Part shown: in pieces, positions 8,701 through 20,300 of the stretch
How positions within the stretch are numbered: the first letter of the stretch is position 1
Layout of the letters: each line of letters begins with the position of its first letter
Assembly: GCA_043728745.1 (NCBI GenBank)
Contig: JAYTMG010000772.1
Span: forward strand, 1-51,777
From: Verrucomicrobiaceae bacterium
GTDB lineage: Bacteria; Verrucomicrobiota; Verrucomicrobiia; Chthoniobacterales; Chthoniobacteraceae
Direction of reading: 5' to 3'
DNA: 51,777 bases
The notes under the pieces: generated by a model
Databases searched by the model: none
Seen by the model: only the letters and a program-made list of their open reading frames with translations
Told to the model about the DNA's origin: nothing
Position numbers and translations under genes: made by a program

Positions 8701-11319
8701 GCGACGCTCGATCTCGGCACGCAGAACTATCTCGACCTCGAGTATTGGAAGCCCGTCGCGGACAATGTCACGTTCCCGGAAGGCCTGAATTTCAGCGCAT
8801 CGCCGGTGGCCGCGGTCGGCGGCGTGGTCGTTCAAAACGATGTGCGCAGCGATGTGGAAGCGTACGTGAAAAACGCGGTCGTCTCGACGGCAAACGTGAC
8901 GATTTCTGCGGTGGAAAGTGCGACCATCGCGGCGGCTATCGACAGCCTCGTGGAAGCAGAAGGCGGCAACGCATTTACCGGCGCAGGCGCCGTGTACGCT
9001 GCAAATGGCCAGATCGCTGCGAATATGATTCTCGGCTCCGCGAGGGCTCATATCACTGGCAGCGAAGTGACTGCCGGGGATGTCTCCGTCACGGCGAAAA
9101 ATACTTCGAGCATCGAGACGGCCACTGCTGGCGCGCTCACGAGCCCTGGAGAAAACCTCGGTGTGACTCTCGCGTTCAATAGCATCGGCTGGAAGATGGC
9201 GGGCTTTTTCTCGATGACGGTGGACACATTCTTCGGGGACGATGTCACGTTCGCGACGGAGCAGGCTTCCGCGACGAGCGCGTCGATTGATGATTCCGTC
9301 GTCTCCGCCACGGGCGACCTCGAAGTGACGGCGCTCAACGAAGCGACGATCCAGTCTGATGTCTCAAATTCCTCCAGCTCCGACTCCGTCGCAGTGACGG
9401 GCGGCGGCAGCAAGAGTCTCGGCCTCGTGGCGTCGAGCAATCTCGTAAATACGAACACAACTGCGACCGTCGGTTTCACGTCGGCATCCGCGACGAATAC
9501 GGTCACGGTCGCCGGTGCGTTCAGCGTTCATGCGGAAGACAGCGCGAGCATTTTTGCCGACGCACATCTCGAATCCATCTCTCGCTCGCTCAACGACGGC
9601 GGCATCACGATCATTTCCGGCGTCTTGGAGCGTGCGCTGACCGAGTATCAATACACGCCGCGCTCCGGAGTAAAAAATGTGGCGCAGGGCGAACTCGTTC
9701 GCACCGGCGAGGAAATCGCGTCGGACGGTGAGCCGCGCAATATCGTCTATCGCTTTCAGGGGACGGATGCGGAGGGCGTGGGGCGCGATCTCGCGACGGA
9801 AAATTACGCAAGCTCTCCGTTCTGGAAGAAGGTCGAGCTCGCCAATGCTTTCTCGGACCTCGCGGTCTATGGCGTCAGCGTCTCCTCCCCGTCGGAAGCG
9901 ATGGGTGTCGGCGGATTGTCTGTGCGCAACGATGTGCGCGGCCTGACGAGCGCGACGATCAGTAATGCAAAAGCCAGCGCCGGAGAATTGGCTGTGACTG
10001 CGCTGGAGACGGCGACGATTCGCGCGCTGAATGAAAGCGTCGTGAAGGCGCTCGGCGGGACATTCCAAGTGACTTCCGGCTCGGCTGTGGCGGTGAATTT
10101 CATGAACACCTCGAACCTCATTCTCAGCAGCGCTGAGGCGGTGATCGATGGCAGCGACGTGACGACGATGAGCGGGGATGTTTTGGTCGATGCGCAGAAC
10201 ACCGCCACGCTTTCAGCCGAGGTGAAGAGCGAGACGGACTCGAATGGTTTTTCCGTCGGGGTGACGCTTGCTTTCAACAGCATCGGCTGGGAGTCGCAGA
10301 ACATTCTCTTCAATGTTTCGGACGCGCTTCTCGGAACTTCCATCGGCAATCAGCAGCCTGCTTTCACGCGTGCTGCGATCACGGATTCGAGCGTCGAGTC
10401 GGCTGGCAAGATCAGCGTCACGGCGCTTTCCGATGCGAGCATCGACGCGGAAGTCTTGGGCTCTGCAAAGTCGGTGAAAGCAGCGGTGGACGGCGCGACA
10501 ACAGTCGCCATCGGTGCAGTCGTCGCTTTGAACCGCGTGAGCACGCTCACCGAGGCAACCATCGAATCATCATCGAGCATCGAGGCGCAGGCGGGCGAGC
10601 TGAAAGTCGCCTCGGAAAACACGGCGGAGATATTTTCGAATGTCAGCTCGCTCTCGACTTCGCTCACCGGGACAGGCGCGACAGGATTTGCGCTCAGCGT
10701 CGGCGCGAGTGCTTCGCGCAATGACATCAACAGCGACACGACTGCGCGCATCGACACCGTGGCAAATGCCACGGCGACCGGCGACATCACCGTAAGCGCG
10801 CTGGACACCTCCGTGATAAATTCGGGAGTCGAGGCGGTAGCGCTCGGCGGCTCGATGTCGGGCGGTAGCGGACTGGCGATCGCCGTCGGCCTCGCGCTGT
10901 CGCGCAATACGATCGAGAACGATGTGCGCGCGCTGATTTCAGACTCCGCGAATGTCGAGTCCACGGGCGGGCGCTGTCCGGCTGAGCGCGCTCAGCGACT
11001 CGGAAATTGCGGCGTCTTCGTCGGCTTCTTCATTCAGCGTAGCGCTCGCCGGAAGCACCAGCATCGCGGTGAGCGGCGCAGGCGCGGAGGCAATGAACAT
11101 CATCCTCGGAAACACATACGCAGCAGCACAAGGCAGTGCGTTGAAAAGCTTTGGCGATGTCTCGGTGACTGCCAGCAATACGTCGGAAATCGATGCGTTG
11201 ATTCTCGCGGTTGCTGCGGCTGGTTCAGGCGGATCGAACGGCGGAGGCGTCGCGCTCGGTGCTTCGGTTGCGTTCAATTCTATCGGCTACTCGCACGCTG
11301 GAACGAAGTCCCCGATTGA
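5779..11319 (+). CDS. Giant surface/secreted repeat protein, N-terminal segment. Coding sense ends near 10971; the rest is an out-of-frame tail.
   Basis: The likely start is ATG 5779 (or 5788), giving MVFMKKAKITLKK...ENLEPRITFSS. The 5527..5778 extension is compositionally non-coding. Motifs include GGDGLDTIVG, GKGGLDTITFGG, repeated (T/S)LA(F/Y)NSIGW and 'xGDhxVxAxxxxxI' beta-helix-like repeats. After ...ANVESTGG (10971) the frame becomes R/C-rich nonsense. Confidence 0.8.
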   Translation: MVFMKKAKITLKKSGKIGTEVASVAILRTQIGPENLEPRITFSSDIGLGSLSIAGGLALAMTGGSDVFDILRVGDAPEGGEIVKVRNLTSGLEQIFSGVRSISAAGGAGDDVLELSGSTLVSQITFNGGDGLDTIVGPASDSTWVIDGDGAGAINGNVHFVGIENAAGAANNEDEFSFAATGSLAGVVSGGDGGYDSLVVDGSFSHSVSSRATGPSSGSLQFDGRLLTYAGLEPITISGVSDIVIEGTSGSDLLLVEKDPGDATKLRVSSTNGSIESVSFSIAGLTSLRVDGKGGLDTITFGGSFTLGAASIDALAEGIFVNAGTVISTLGDVVFTALADEIAVTDVANVSTKAALIQIGGKISTTGNITLDAGVVRDVNVDSASLSLALATTSSANIAVLSGATLEAAALSLDAHTGGLVRAESPLSTRIEFTDTAVASLTDATITVTGLTVSAKTNTRYESVGRDAYNIVSGETKAYADDATIIAGAGGVSFVATDSTDLRAISPERALLIADVALPVDIAIGAARNSLSRTVEAYISNGSTVTVTGADVSLSAARESTAAAYVKATAVSASVPLPNTFSLSAAGTFTSNVLRGDVRAFIADSAVKTLVSGDISVDAEDVFAASAESETSMKSTLNPLAASSGAGTIGATLAYNSIGWLPSNALTGTLSQMPIGELLGDELGLGSVEERSKVHAFIARSTVEAKDDLFVTATSEAQINSYVENISETIAQALVSPIGGGASAVLAVNKVSSEAKAWIDQTGVAAPVVVGGDLTISAEDAAGIYATTILGNSATVVADGGQQIIEEEVNAVDATYSTDDGSNVILFGDTVEISETFLDEDFTTDDGAQMLATGDDILVAAGYADTRWTSEDGRRLLVAGDKIEVEAGYGNGGGDAESALVYQYIGANKRMDLGAVDYSDATKWALVSGDDDVVYRYLGAPGTVDLSLQDYSDDTKWQVRGADGDVKYQYLGTTATLDLGTQNYLDLEYWKPVADNVTFPEGLNFSASPVAAVGGVVVQNDVRSDVEAYVKNAVVSTANVTISAVESATIAAAIDSLVEAEGGNAFTGAGAVYAANGQIAANMILGSARAHITGSEVTAGDVSVTAKNTSSIETATAGALTSPGENLGVTLAFNSIGWKMAGFFSMTVDTFFGDDVTFATEQASATSASIDDSVVSATGDLEVTALNEATIQSDVSNSSSSDSVAVTGGGSKSLGLVASSNLVNTNTTATVGFTSASATNTVTVAGAFSVHAEDSASIFADAHLESISRSLNDGGITIISGVLERALTEYQYTPRSGVKNVAQGELVRTGEEIASDGEPRNIVYRFQGTDAEGVGRDLATENYASSPFWKKVELANAFSDLAVYGVSVSSPSEAMGVGGLSVRNDVRGLTSATISNAKASAGELAVTALETATIRALNESVVKALGGTFQVTSGSAVAVNFMNTSNLILSSAEAVIDGSDVTTMSGDVLVDAQNTATLSAEVKSETDSNGFSVGVTLAFNSIGWESQNILFNVSDALLGTSIGNQQPAFTRAAITDSSVESAGKISVTALSDASIDAEVLGSAKSVKAAVDGATTVAIGAVVALNRVSTLTEATIESSSSIEAQAGELKVASENTAEIFSNVSSLSTSLTGTGATGFALSVGASASRNDINSDTTARIDTVANATATGDITVSALDTSVINSGVEAVALGGSMSGGSGLAIAVGLALSRNTIENDVRALISDSANVESTGGRCPAERAQRLGNCGVFVGFFIQRSARRKHQHRGERRRRGGNEHHPRKHIRSSTRQCVEKLWRCLGDCQQYVGNRCVDSRGCCGWFRRIERRRRRARCFGCVQFYRLLARWNEVPD
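8203..8757 (+). other. Acidic/aromatic insert in the N-terminal beta-helix with three 'YxY(I/L)G...DLxxxxYxDxxxWxxV' repeats
   Basis: The three repeats are VYQYIGANKRMDLGAVDYSDATKWALV, VVYRYLGAPGTVDLSLQDYSDDTKWQV and VKYQYLGTTATLDLGTQNYLDLEYWKPV. A fourth, diverged copy is IVYRFQGTDAEGVGRDLATENYASSPFWKKV at 9736..9838. Confidence 0.5.
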
Positions 11320-14300
11320 AGTCGAGGCGGGTATCGAAAATTCGTCGGTCATGGCTGGAGGCCAACTGACCGTGGAGGCGCTCGCCGATCAGATTTTGCG
11401 CGCGCAGGTTTTTGCAGGCGCTGCCGCGATCACGGCTGCGGGCGGCACGGGGCTCACCGGAGCGGGAGCCGGCGTCTATTCGCAAAACAGGATCGCCGCG
11501 AATGTGGTTGCGCAGATCGATGGCGATGGAACTGCGGGAATCTCGGTGACGGCTTTGACGGTGCGGGCGCGCGACATTTCGGAAATCTCGTCGATTGCCG
11601 GTGCCGCAGCGCTTTCTGCGGCGGTGGGCGGAGCCGGAGCTGGCGCGCTTTCTGTTGGCGTGGCGGTCGCGGAAAACTCCATAGACAACGAGATCGAAGC
11701 GTCCATCCGCAATGCGGACAGCGTCGAAAGTCTGGGCAATATTTCGGTGACCGCGAGTGAGACGGCATCCGTTTCGACGATTTCCGCAGCGGCATCTGTT
11801 GCCGCGGCGATTGCTCCGATTGGCGTCGCGATTAGCGGCGGCGCAGCGACCTCGAAGAACACGATTGCGGGTTCGGTCCGCGCATCGATTGAGGACTCGG
11901 ACGTGACGGCCGCTGGCGCTGTGAGCATCACAGCCGGCACCACATCGACGTTGACTGCGGACATCGCGAGCGTCGCTCTCGCCGCCGGGCTCGTGGGCGC
12001 GGCAAACGGTTTGTCGCTCGCAAATAATACAGTCACCAATGTCGTCTCGGCGTTCATCGATTCATCGAGCGTCACGGCGGACGGCGGCGACATCACCGTC
12101 GCCGCAAATTTGAATCCGACGCTCACGACAAGCTCGCGGGTCGGCGTGCTCACTGCGGCGATAGGGACGAGCTTTGCGGCTGCGGAGTCATACTCGAATC
12201 TCAACGGAACTGCGGAAGCATACATCAACGCGGCGACGCTTTCGGCAATCGGCCATGATGTGAATGTGACGGCGGATTCCATTTCCAGCGCAGCGCCGAT
12301 TACGCAAGGCGCGGGTGCTGGTTTGGCCGCCGCGACTGCGCTGCTCGCGCAGGCAAATATCGGTGGCACGACCCGCGCATTTGCGACGGGGCTTTCGAGC
12401 GTCACTGCGGGCGGCTTTACGATCGCGGCGACGGATGCGACGACAGCATCGCCGGAGACGAAAGTGAACGGCGTTGGCGGAGTTTCCGGCGCGGGAGCGA
12501 TCTCGCTCACTCGCATCACTCGCACGACGGAGGCATACATCGGCGCAGGAGCGGACATTTCTACCGGCGCGACTTCGGTGAATGTCACAGCGACTTCCAC
12601 GACTACGGCGAACGGAACCACGGTCGGCAACTCGGCCGCAAATGTCGCAATCATGGCACTGCTTGTGGATGCAGAAATCAGCGGCAGTACGAGAGCCTAC
12701 GTCCAGGATGGCGCGCGGATTTCCGCAGGCGGATTGTCAGTGATTGCCGATGCGACGAACAGCGTCACGGCTCCGGCAAGCATCACGGGCATTGGGTTTG
12801 CAGCGCTCTCCGGAGTGAGCGTTACTGCGAAAGATTCAAGCGCCGTGCTCGCATTCATTGGCAGTGAATTTGGCCCGGTGGGGACGGCGGCAAGCATCAC
12901 CATCACCGGCGGCGATGCAGTGGTCCGCGCGAAGACGAAATCGGATGTCTCGGCGACTGTGGAAGCAGTGGGCGTGAGCTACGGACTTGCAGCGACGCTT
13001 TCGGAAATGACGGCGACCAGCGCGCATACGACGAGCGCATTTATCGGGAAAGACGCGACGGTTTCTGCGACTGCGGGGAGCGTGAACGTCGAGGCGCTTT
13101 CGGACAATACGGCAAACGCGGCGAGTTCCTCAAAGAGCGTTGGCGCGGTTCTCGTGGGCATCACCGAACTCACCGCAAACGCCGACGGGGCGACAAACGC
13201 GAAGGCGCTTGGCAACGTCACAGCAGCGGCGATTTCGGTGCGCGGTGAAGGAACGAGCGAGGCGGCAGCGGGCGCGAGTTCGCTCGGCGGCGGAGCAGTT
13301 TCACTGGCGCTTTCGACGGTGAATGCGAGCGCGTCGCCGTCCGTCTCTGCGACGGCAGGCGGCAATCTTTCGGCGACCGGCAACCTCACCATCGAAGCAA
13401 TCGCGGGCAGCGAGGCGGATGCTTCGTCGAAGAGCTTCGGCGTGGGCGGGCTGGCGATTACTTCGCTGACTGCAAATGCGTCTATCGAGCCAACGGTGAC
13501 AACTTCTGTGCAAAGCGGAGCATCGCTGGAAGCAGGCGGCAATCTCTCCATCGTCGCACGCCACGGTGCGGTAGGCTCGGCAAATGGAAGCGCTACGGCG
13601 ACTGCGACAGGAAGCGGCGGCGGCGGCATCGCGGTGAGTGGAGCGACCACGAGCGCCAGCTCGGAGCCGGTCGTGAGCACAACCTTCGGCGCAAACGCGG
13701 TCATCAAAGGATTCAATGTAGTCGTCGATGCGACATCGCTCGGACGCGCAATCAGCGAGGCCACTGGAACGAGCGTCGGCATTTTGAAACTCGGCACCAG
13801 CAGCGCAAACGTGCTCGTGGACAATACGGCATTTGTGAACGTGGACGGCGGCGCAATGTTCATCGGTCGCAATGATGTGACGGTGCGTTCCACCACGGAC
13901 ACGGAGTCCGACGTGCGGACAGAAAGCGACGGCGGCGGGCTTGTGAGCATCGCGAATGTGAATTCGTCGGGAACGATGAATTACAGCTCCAAGGTTACTC
14001 TCGGAAATGGCGTCGTGATTTCCACGGTGAACAATCTCACCGTCGAGTCGCTGAGCGATGTCGATGGAACGGCGGAGGGAGAGTCGGACTCCAATGGATT
14101 TGCAGGTGGTGCGACGGCCCGGGCTTCGATGGCGGTGATCGGCGAAACCATCACCCTCATCGGCGACGGGTCGCATTTGACCGGCGCAGGCGTGACGCTT
14201 GGCGCAGTAGTCTCCACGCTCGATCTTTCGGCGACTGCAAATGCGGACCTTTCGGCGGCAGGCGGAAATGCCAACGCATTCACCACGGCGACATTTACAG

Positions 14301-17300
14301 ACGAATCGAGGCTCACGCTAAATCCCGGCGTGCGAATCGTCGGCAGTGCGGTGACTCTGAAATCTCGGCACGATGGCGTGAGCATTGTTTCGGAGCCGAC
14401 CGCGAGCGCGGCGACTTTCGGCGAAGGCACTGCACATTCCGTGGGCACGTACGACAGTGATTCAAAGATTGATGCGAAAGCTGGCGCGGAAATCGTGAGT
14501 GGCCAACTGCTCGTGCAGGCGCTTCAGGACATCGACACACTAAGCCGTGCGACGACGGCCTCGGGCATCGCGACCGATCGCCAGCGCACAGGGACGCTGA
14601 CTGCCGACCGCACGATTATTTTCGATGCCGACATCCGCCTCGGTGCCCGCCCGGAACTTATCATCGACGAAAACGGTGTGATTCAAAAGGCAGTCGGAAT
14701 CTCGGCGACTGTGGGCGCAACGACGATCACCGTCGCTCCAATCAGCAACACAACTTCCGGCGCAAACGCTCGTTTTCAAACGGACGGAACTTTCACTTAC
14801 GTCGATACGAATTCGGCGCAAAATCAGACCTCCGCTGCGGCGACGGTTTCGGGCTCGGCGGGGACGGTGCATGTGCTGGATTCGTTTGAGTCGGTGAGCA
14901 TCATCAATCGCTCCACGAAGAATCTCGTGCTCGGCAGCATCGAAGTGGCGAACCCGCTGGCGACAGCGACGGTAAATATCGACCTTGCAAATCCAACGCT
15001 GACTTTCGACATCACGCATTCACTCGGCAGCATGGGGATTTCGATCCTGAACGAAGGCGCGACGGGCGACGTGACGCTGACGGGGCTCATCAATAATCCA
15101 GTCGGCGCGACGACGATCAATGCGGTCGGCGGCAGCGTGCTGAACACGACGGGAATCGTGCGGACGGCGACGTTTAACTCGGATGCGCTGAACATCGGCT
15201 CGGCGGCAACTCGGCTGAATCTCGAACTCGTGCGGACGACGAATCTCTCGCCGGGCGGAGTGCTGAAATCGGCGGGCGATGTGTATCTTGATGTCACCGG
15301 ACGGCTGCGCGATTTGAGCGAAACGGTGGCGGGAAATGCAACGTTCACGCTCGACTCCATCGAGGCGGCCGGGACGGTGGATGTGACGCTGGAAGCCGCG
15401 CAAAAAGAAGCGACGACGACTTGGACGGCGGGCGCGTTGTCGGTGAGTCTCGCGGGCGGTGCGGCGCAGAGCTACTCGTCGCACTTCCGTCCAGACATTG
15501 CCGTGGCAGTCAATGTCGGCGGCGGAATCGTCCCGACTGCGGCAGCGGCGACGCCGTTTGCGGCGACGTATAATTTTGGCTCGATTAGCAGCGGCAGCAT
15601 CGCACTCGCGGCAGCGGATTCTGCGGTCGCGGCGACGTTAGTAAATATCACGGCGGCGACCAATTTGACGGATACGGGCACGGGCGGCGCGAGTGCGCTG
15701 ACAAATGGAAATATCATCATCAGCGAGACATCGGGCGACTTGCGTATCGGCGCGCTGACTTCAACGGCGGGCGATGTGACGGCTTCGGCGACGGTCGGCA
15801 TTTTCGACACGAACGGCGCGGACGGAACGACGGCGTATATCACCGCGAAAAAGATCACGCTCGCGGCAGGAACGGGCGGAATCGGCAGCGCGATGAACGT
15901 GTTGGAAATTGATTCGACGACGCTCGTGGATGCCTCGGCGGACCTCTCGATTTTCGTAAAGGAAACGGCGGGCGATATGAATGTCGGCGGCATTGTCTCG
16001 CGGTTGGCGGATGTCTCGCTTGCGACGATTGCGGGCGGAATCCTCGACGCGGACGATGATGTGCGTGCGGATGTGCAGGGACGGAATATCGACCTCACAG
16101 TGCTCGGGGGCGGAATTGGCACAGCGGCGAACGGGCTTGAAATTAACGGCGCAGGAACCGGGCAAGTGCAGGACGCGCTGCTCCAGCTCGACGCAAATAT
16201 TCCGGCAGTCGGGCGGCTCGTGGCGACGGCGCAGGGCAGCATGTTTATCGCGGAGACGATCGGCGGAATGAACGTCCTTTTGGCGACGACGACGGTGGGC
16301 TCGATCCGGCTTTCGGCAAATGACTCTGCGGGTCGCAGCGTGATCGTGAGCGGTCAGCCGGTCGTGGTGAATAATGAAGACGTGAACTTCATCGCGACGA
16401 GCCGCGTCTCTGCGCCAGCGGGCGTGACGGTGATTGCGGGCGACGGCGTTTATGTGGCGCCGGATGCGGAGATTAGCAGCGCGGCGACGGTGCTCATTCG
16501 CGTGGATGCTCGGGTGAATCCTTTGGAAGTGGACCCGGATGTTGCCGACGGCGGGACGCTGGAGATCGCGGGTGATGTGGTTGCACCGATGGTGACGATT
16601 GAGGGCGGCTCGGGCATCGACTTCCTGCAACTCACAAACCCGAACGGCATCAATGCGACGGGCGTGACGGAGGTCTTTGGGCTCGGCGCGGACGACCGCT
16701 TTTTCGTGAACGCGGTCGCGGGCACGACGACGCTGAAAGGCGGCGACGGCGCGGACCGTTTCTACACATCGAGTGGCGCGAATAAGTCGCTCTTCACGCT
16801 CAATGGCGTGTATGACGACGACGCGGTGAAGCCTTACGACGTGCTCACTGGCACGCTCGCGAAGCTCGGCGGACTGAGCATCGAAACCGGCGCGGGCACG
16901 GCCAATACGCAGGACGGCATTTATCTCAGCTCGGATGCGAGCACGGCGAACCTCACGGGTGCGCTCGTGGGCAATACGATCACGGGCCTGGGTATCACCG
17001 GAGCCATCACTTACACGGCGGCTCCCAGCGCGACCGGCGCGGTGCTTTTTGTGAAGCTCGGGCAGGGCGATGACACGATGGTGGTGAAAGACCTCGCGGC
17101 AAATATCTGGGCGAATATCTACGGCGGCGACGGCGCGGATACGCTCAGCGCGGGCAACGATTTGAACGCGGTCACGGGCATCAGCGGCATCGTGAATTTT
17201 GAAGGGCAAGGCGGCGTGGATACGCTGCTCGTGCGCGGCGACGGAGTCGCGGCGGCGGGGCTTTTGACGGAGATCAATGTGACTGGATTGGGCATGGGCA

Positions 17301-20300
17301 CGAACCAGCAGCTCGCCGTCCACAACACGGAATTTGGCGCGGACTACACGGTGACTGCACCGAATTTCCCCGGCGCGATTTATTACGCAAAGCGGAACCT
17401 CGGGACCGGCGTGACGACGAGCACGGTGGAAAATGTGAACGTCCAACTCGGCACCGGGGCTGACGTGTTTGCGGTGGATGGAACGAATAGCTTTTCCAAA
17501 GTGACGATCCTCGGCGGCGCTGGCGCAGACACGATCACTGTCGGCTCGACGGCGGACGGTCTGCATCGCACGACGATCCGGCGCGTGGAGTTTGTCGCGG
17601 GCAAGTTGCACCTCGATGGACAGGGCGGCGCGGATACGATCACCGTGGATACCGGCGGCATCGGCACGGGCATCGTCGGCTCTTACGTCGGCAACGAAGT
17701 GCGCGGGCTGAACATGCCTGCGACAGGCGGCATTATTTTCGACGCGCCGGACGACATTAATGTGATCCTCGGCGTTGGGAACGACACGTTCTTTGTGCCG
17801 TCTGCCGCTGCGGGTCTGACGGTGCAAATCCTTACGGGCGATGGTTTTGATAAGACGTATCTCGGCACTGTCGAAGGCGCGCTCACGACGGGGACGCTTG
17901 ATGATATCAAAGGCACGATCATCGTGAACAGCGGCGGTCCGCAGGCGGACGATGTTCTTTATATCAACGACCAAAGCACGACGGCTGCGCAGACTTACAC
18001 GATCAGCAATGTGGTGATGGCGTTTGACGAGACGACGGTGACGCGCACCGGTATGGATGCCGGCAAGATCATCTACAAACGCACTGAGGGAGTGATTTTG
18101 AGCGCGGGCTCGGGCGCGGATACGATCAATATCGAAGGCACGCATCGCGAGCAGTCGGCGAGCGGGCTGAACTCGACGTTCACCGTGAACGCGGGCGGCG
18201 GCGCGGATACCGTGAATGTCGGCACGCCGGTGACTGGCGGCTTTTCGCTGGATTCGTTCCGCATCGATACGGGTGCGGCCACTTATCGCGGGATTCCGCT
18301 GATCGTGAACGGGCAGGGCGGGATTGATACCGTGCATTATAAAGACACCGCTTCGACCGTGGGAACGAATCTCGCGATTGCGAACAAGCCGTTCTCCACG
18401 CCGTTCGGGTTGGCTGGCTCGCCGGGCGTTGCGGACCCACGGTGGGTGAATTATTTCACCGCCGCATTTGGCGAAGATCCGTCCTCGACGACCTACTCGC
18501 AAGTGGCGCTGAATCCGTCCGTCGGGACGAACAATTCCCCGCTCAACGGCTATGCGCGGCTCACGGAGCATGTGAAGGTTTCGCTCGGCTCGGGCAACGA
18601 TGTCGCGCAAGTGTTTGACGGCACTTACGCTTACGACACGACGGTCTTTGGCGGTCCGGGCCACGAGACTTTTAATGTCGGAAACGGGATCGCAAATACC
18701 GGTAAGAAGATCATTTTCAACGGCGAGGATGGCGACGATCTCGTCTTCACGAAGTTCACGACTGGCGTGCCGAACGCGACGACGTTTGTGGAGTTCAACG
18801 GCGGCGCGGGGACGGATACTTTGCGGCTGGCTGGCGACGGAATCTCGACCGGCACTTACACGCCGAGCGCCACGGAAGCGCGGTCGGGATTGGTAGTCGC
18901 GAGGGGCAACACGTTTGCATTCACGGGCGTCGAGCCGCTGGTGGTTCACGGGCTGTTGCGCTTTGACCTCGTCTCGCCGGACCAAGCGGCGGAACTCACG
19001 ATCAGCAGCGTTCGCGTGGCGGACTTGAATCTCACGGAACTCGTCCTGCACGAGCTGACAATCGATGGCGTAGTGAGCTGGACGCAGAGGATGAAATTTG
19101 AGGTGCCAGCGGCGCTCGATGCGAAGCACATGGGCGCGGCGACGGCGATCAGCGGAGATACGCTGGTCGTGGGCTCGGAGCAGGAAAATGCGGCGAGCGG
19201 CGCGGTGTTTGTTTACAAGTGGGACGGCAGCGGCTGGGTGGAGCAGGCGAAGCTCTACGCGAGCGACCGGGGCAGCGCCGGGCAGGGATTTGGCAAAGCG
19301 GTGGCCATCGAAGGCGACACGCTGATCGTCGGTTCGCCGAGCGATAACACGACGGGCTCAAACTCGGGCGCGGCGTATGTTTTCACCCGCACGAACGGCG
19401 TGTGGACGCAGCAGGTGAAACTGCGCGCGGACAACGGCGCGGCGGGCGCGACATTCGGGCAATCGGTGACGATTGGCGCGAGCACGGCGTTCATCGGCGC
19501 GGCGGGCGGAACGACGGATTCCGTCTATGTCTTCAACAAAGAAGGCGCGACGTGGCGGCAAAAACAAATCCTCACGCTGGCCTCGGATGCGGACAGCGAC
19601 TTCGGCGCATCGGTGGCGTTTTCGAGCGGCACGGCGGTCATCGGCGCACCGCTGGCAGGCGCGACGGATGCAGGCGCGGCGTTCGTTTATACGCTCTCGG
19701 GCACGACCTGGACCTCGGCGAAGACGCTCGTTCCCGTGTTGTCGGAAGCTGGGGAAAACTTCGGCGCTGCGGTGGATATCGATGCGGGCAAAATCATCGT
19801 TGGTTCGCCGCTGTGGAATGGGCAGCGCGGGCGGGCGGTCATCTTTGAAGGCGCTGGCGCTGATTGGGCGCGGACTTCGCAGCTCTCGTCTGCGGCGGGC
19901 TTGCCGCAGAATGAAATCGCGGCGGAAGATCAAGCGGGCAGCCGCTTTGGAAAATCGGTGTCGATCGATGGCGCATACGCGGTCGTCGGCGCACCGGGCT
20001 ACAATTTGACTTCGCTCGATCAGGGCGCGGCTTACGGGTTTTACCAGATCGCCGATTCGGTCTTGGGCTTTGGCGCAAGCTGGGCGCGCGCTTCGGGCGC
20101 GAGTGGTTCGGGGCGGATGATGGCTTTGACGCCGGAAGGTTCGTCGGTCGGGGTTTCCGGGCCTTACGCGACGGCGGATAATTTTGGCGCAAGCGTCGCG
20201 GTGGGCGGCGGACGGATCGTCGTCGGGCAGCCTGGCCACAATTCCGGCGGGCGACTTGATCTCGGTGCGATCAGCACTTTCACCGCGGACGGCACATTGC

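Noticed and set aside
10972-11319. Frame-1 continuation after the junction (...GRCPAERAQRLGNCGVFVGFF...RRRRRARCFG...), read either as real C-terminal sequence or as evidence of programmed frameshifting.
   Set aside because: The composition switches abruptly to Arg/Cys-rich nonsense while frame 2 continues the repeat pattern. There is no recognisable +1 recoding signal (no prfB-like CUU-UGA, no slippery heptamer). An indel is more parsimonious.
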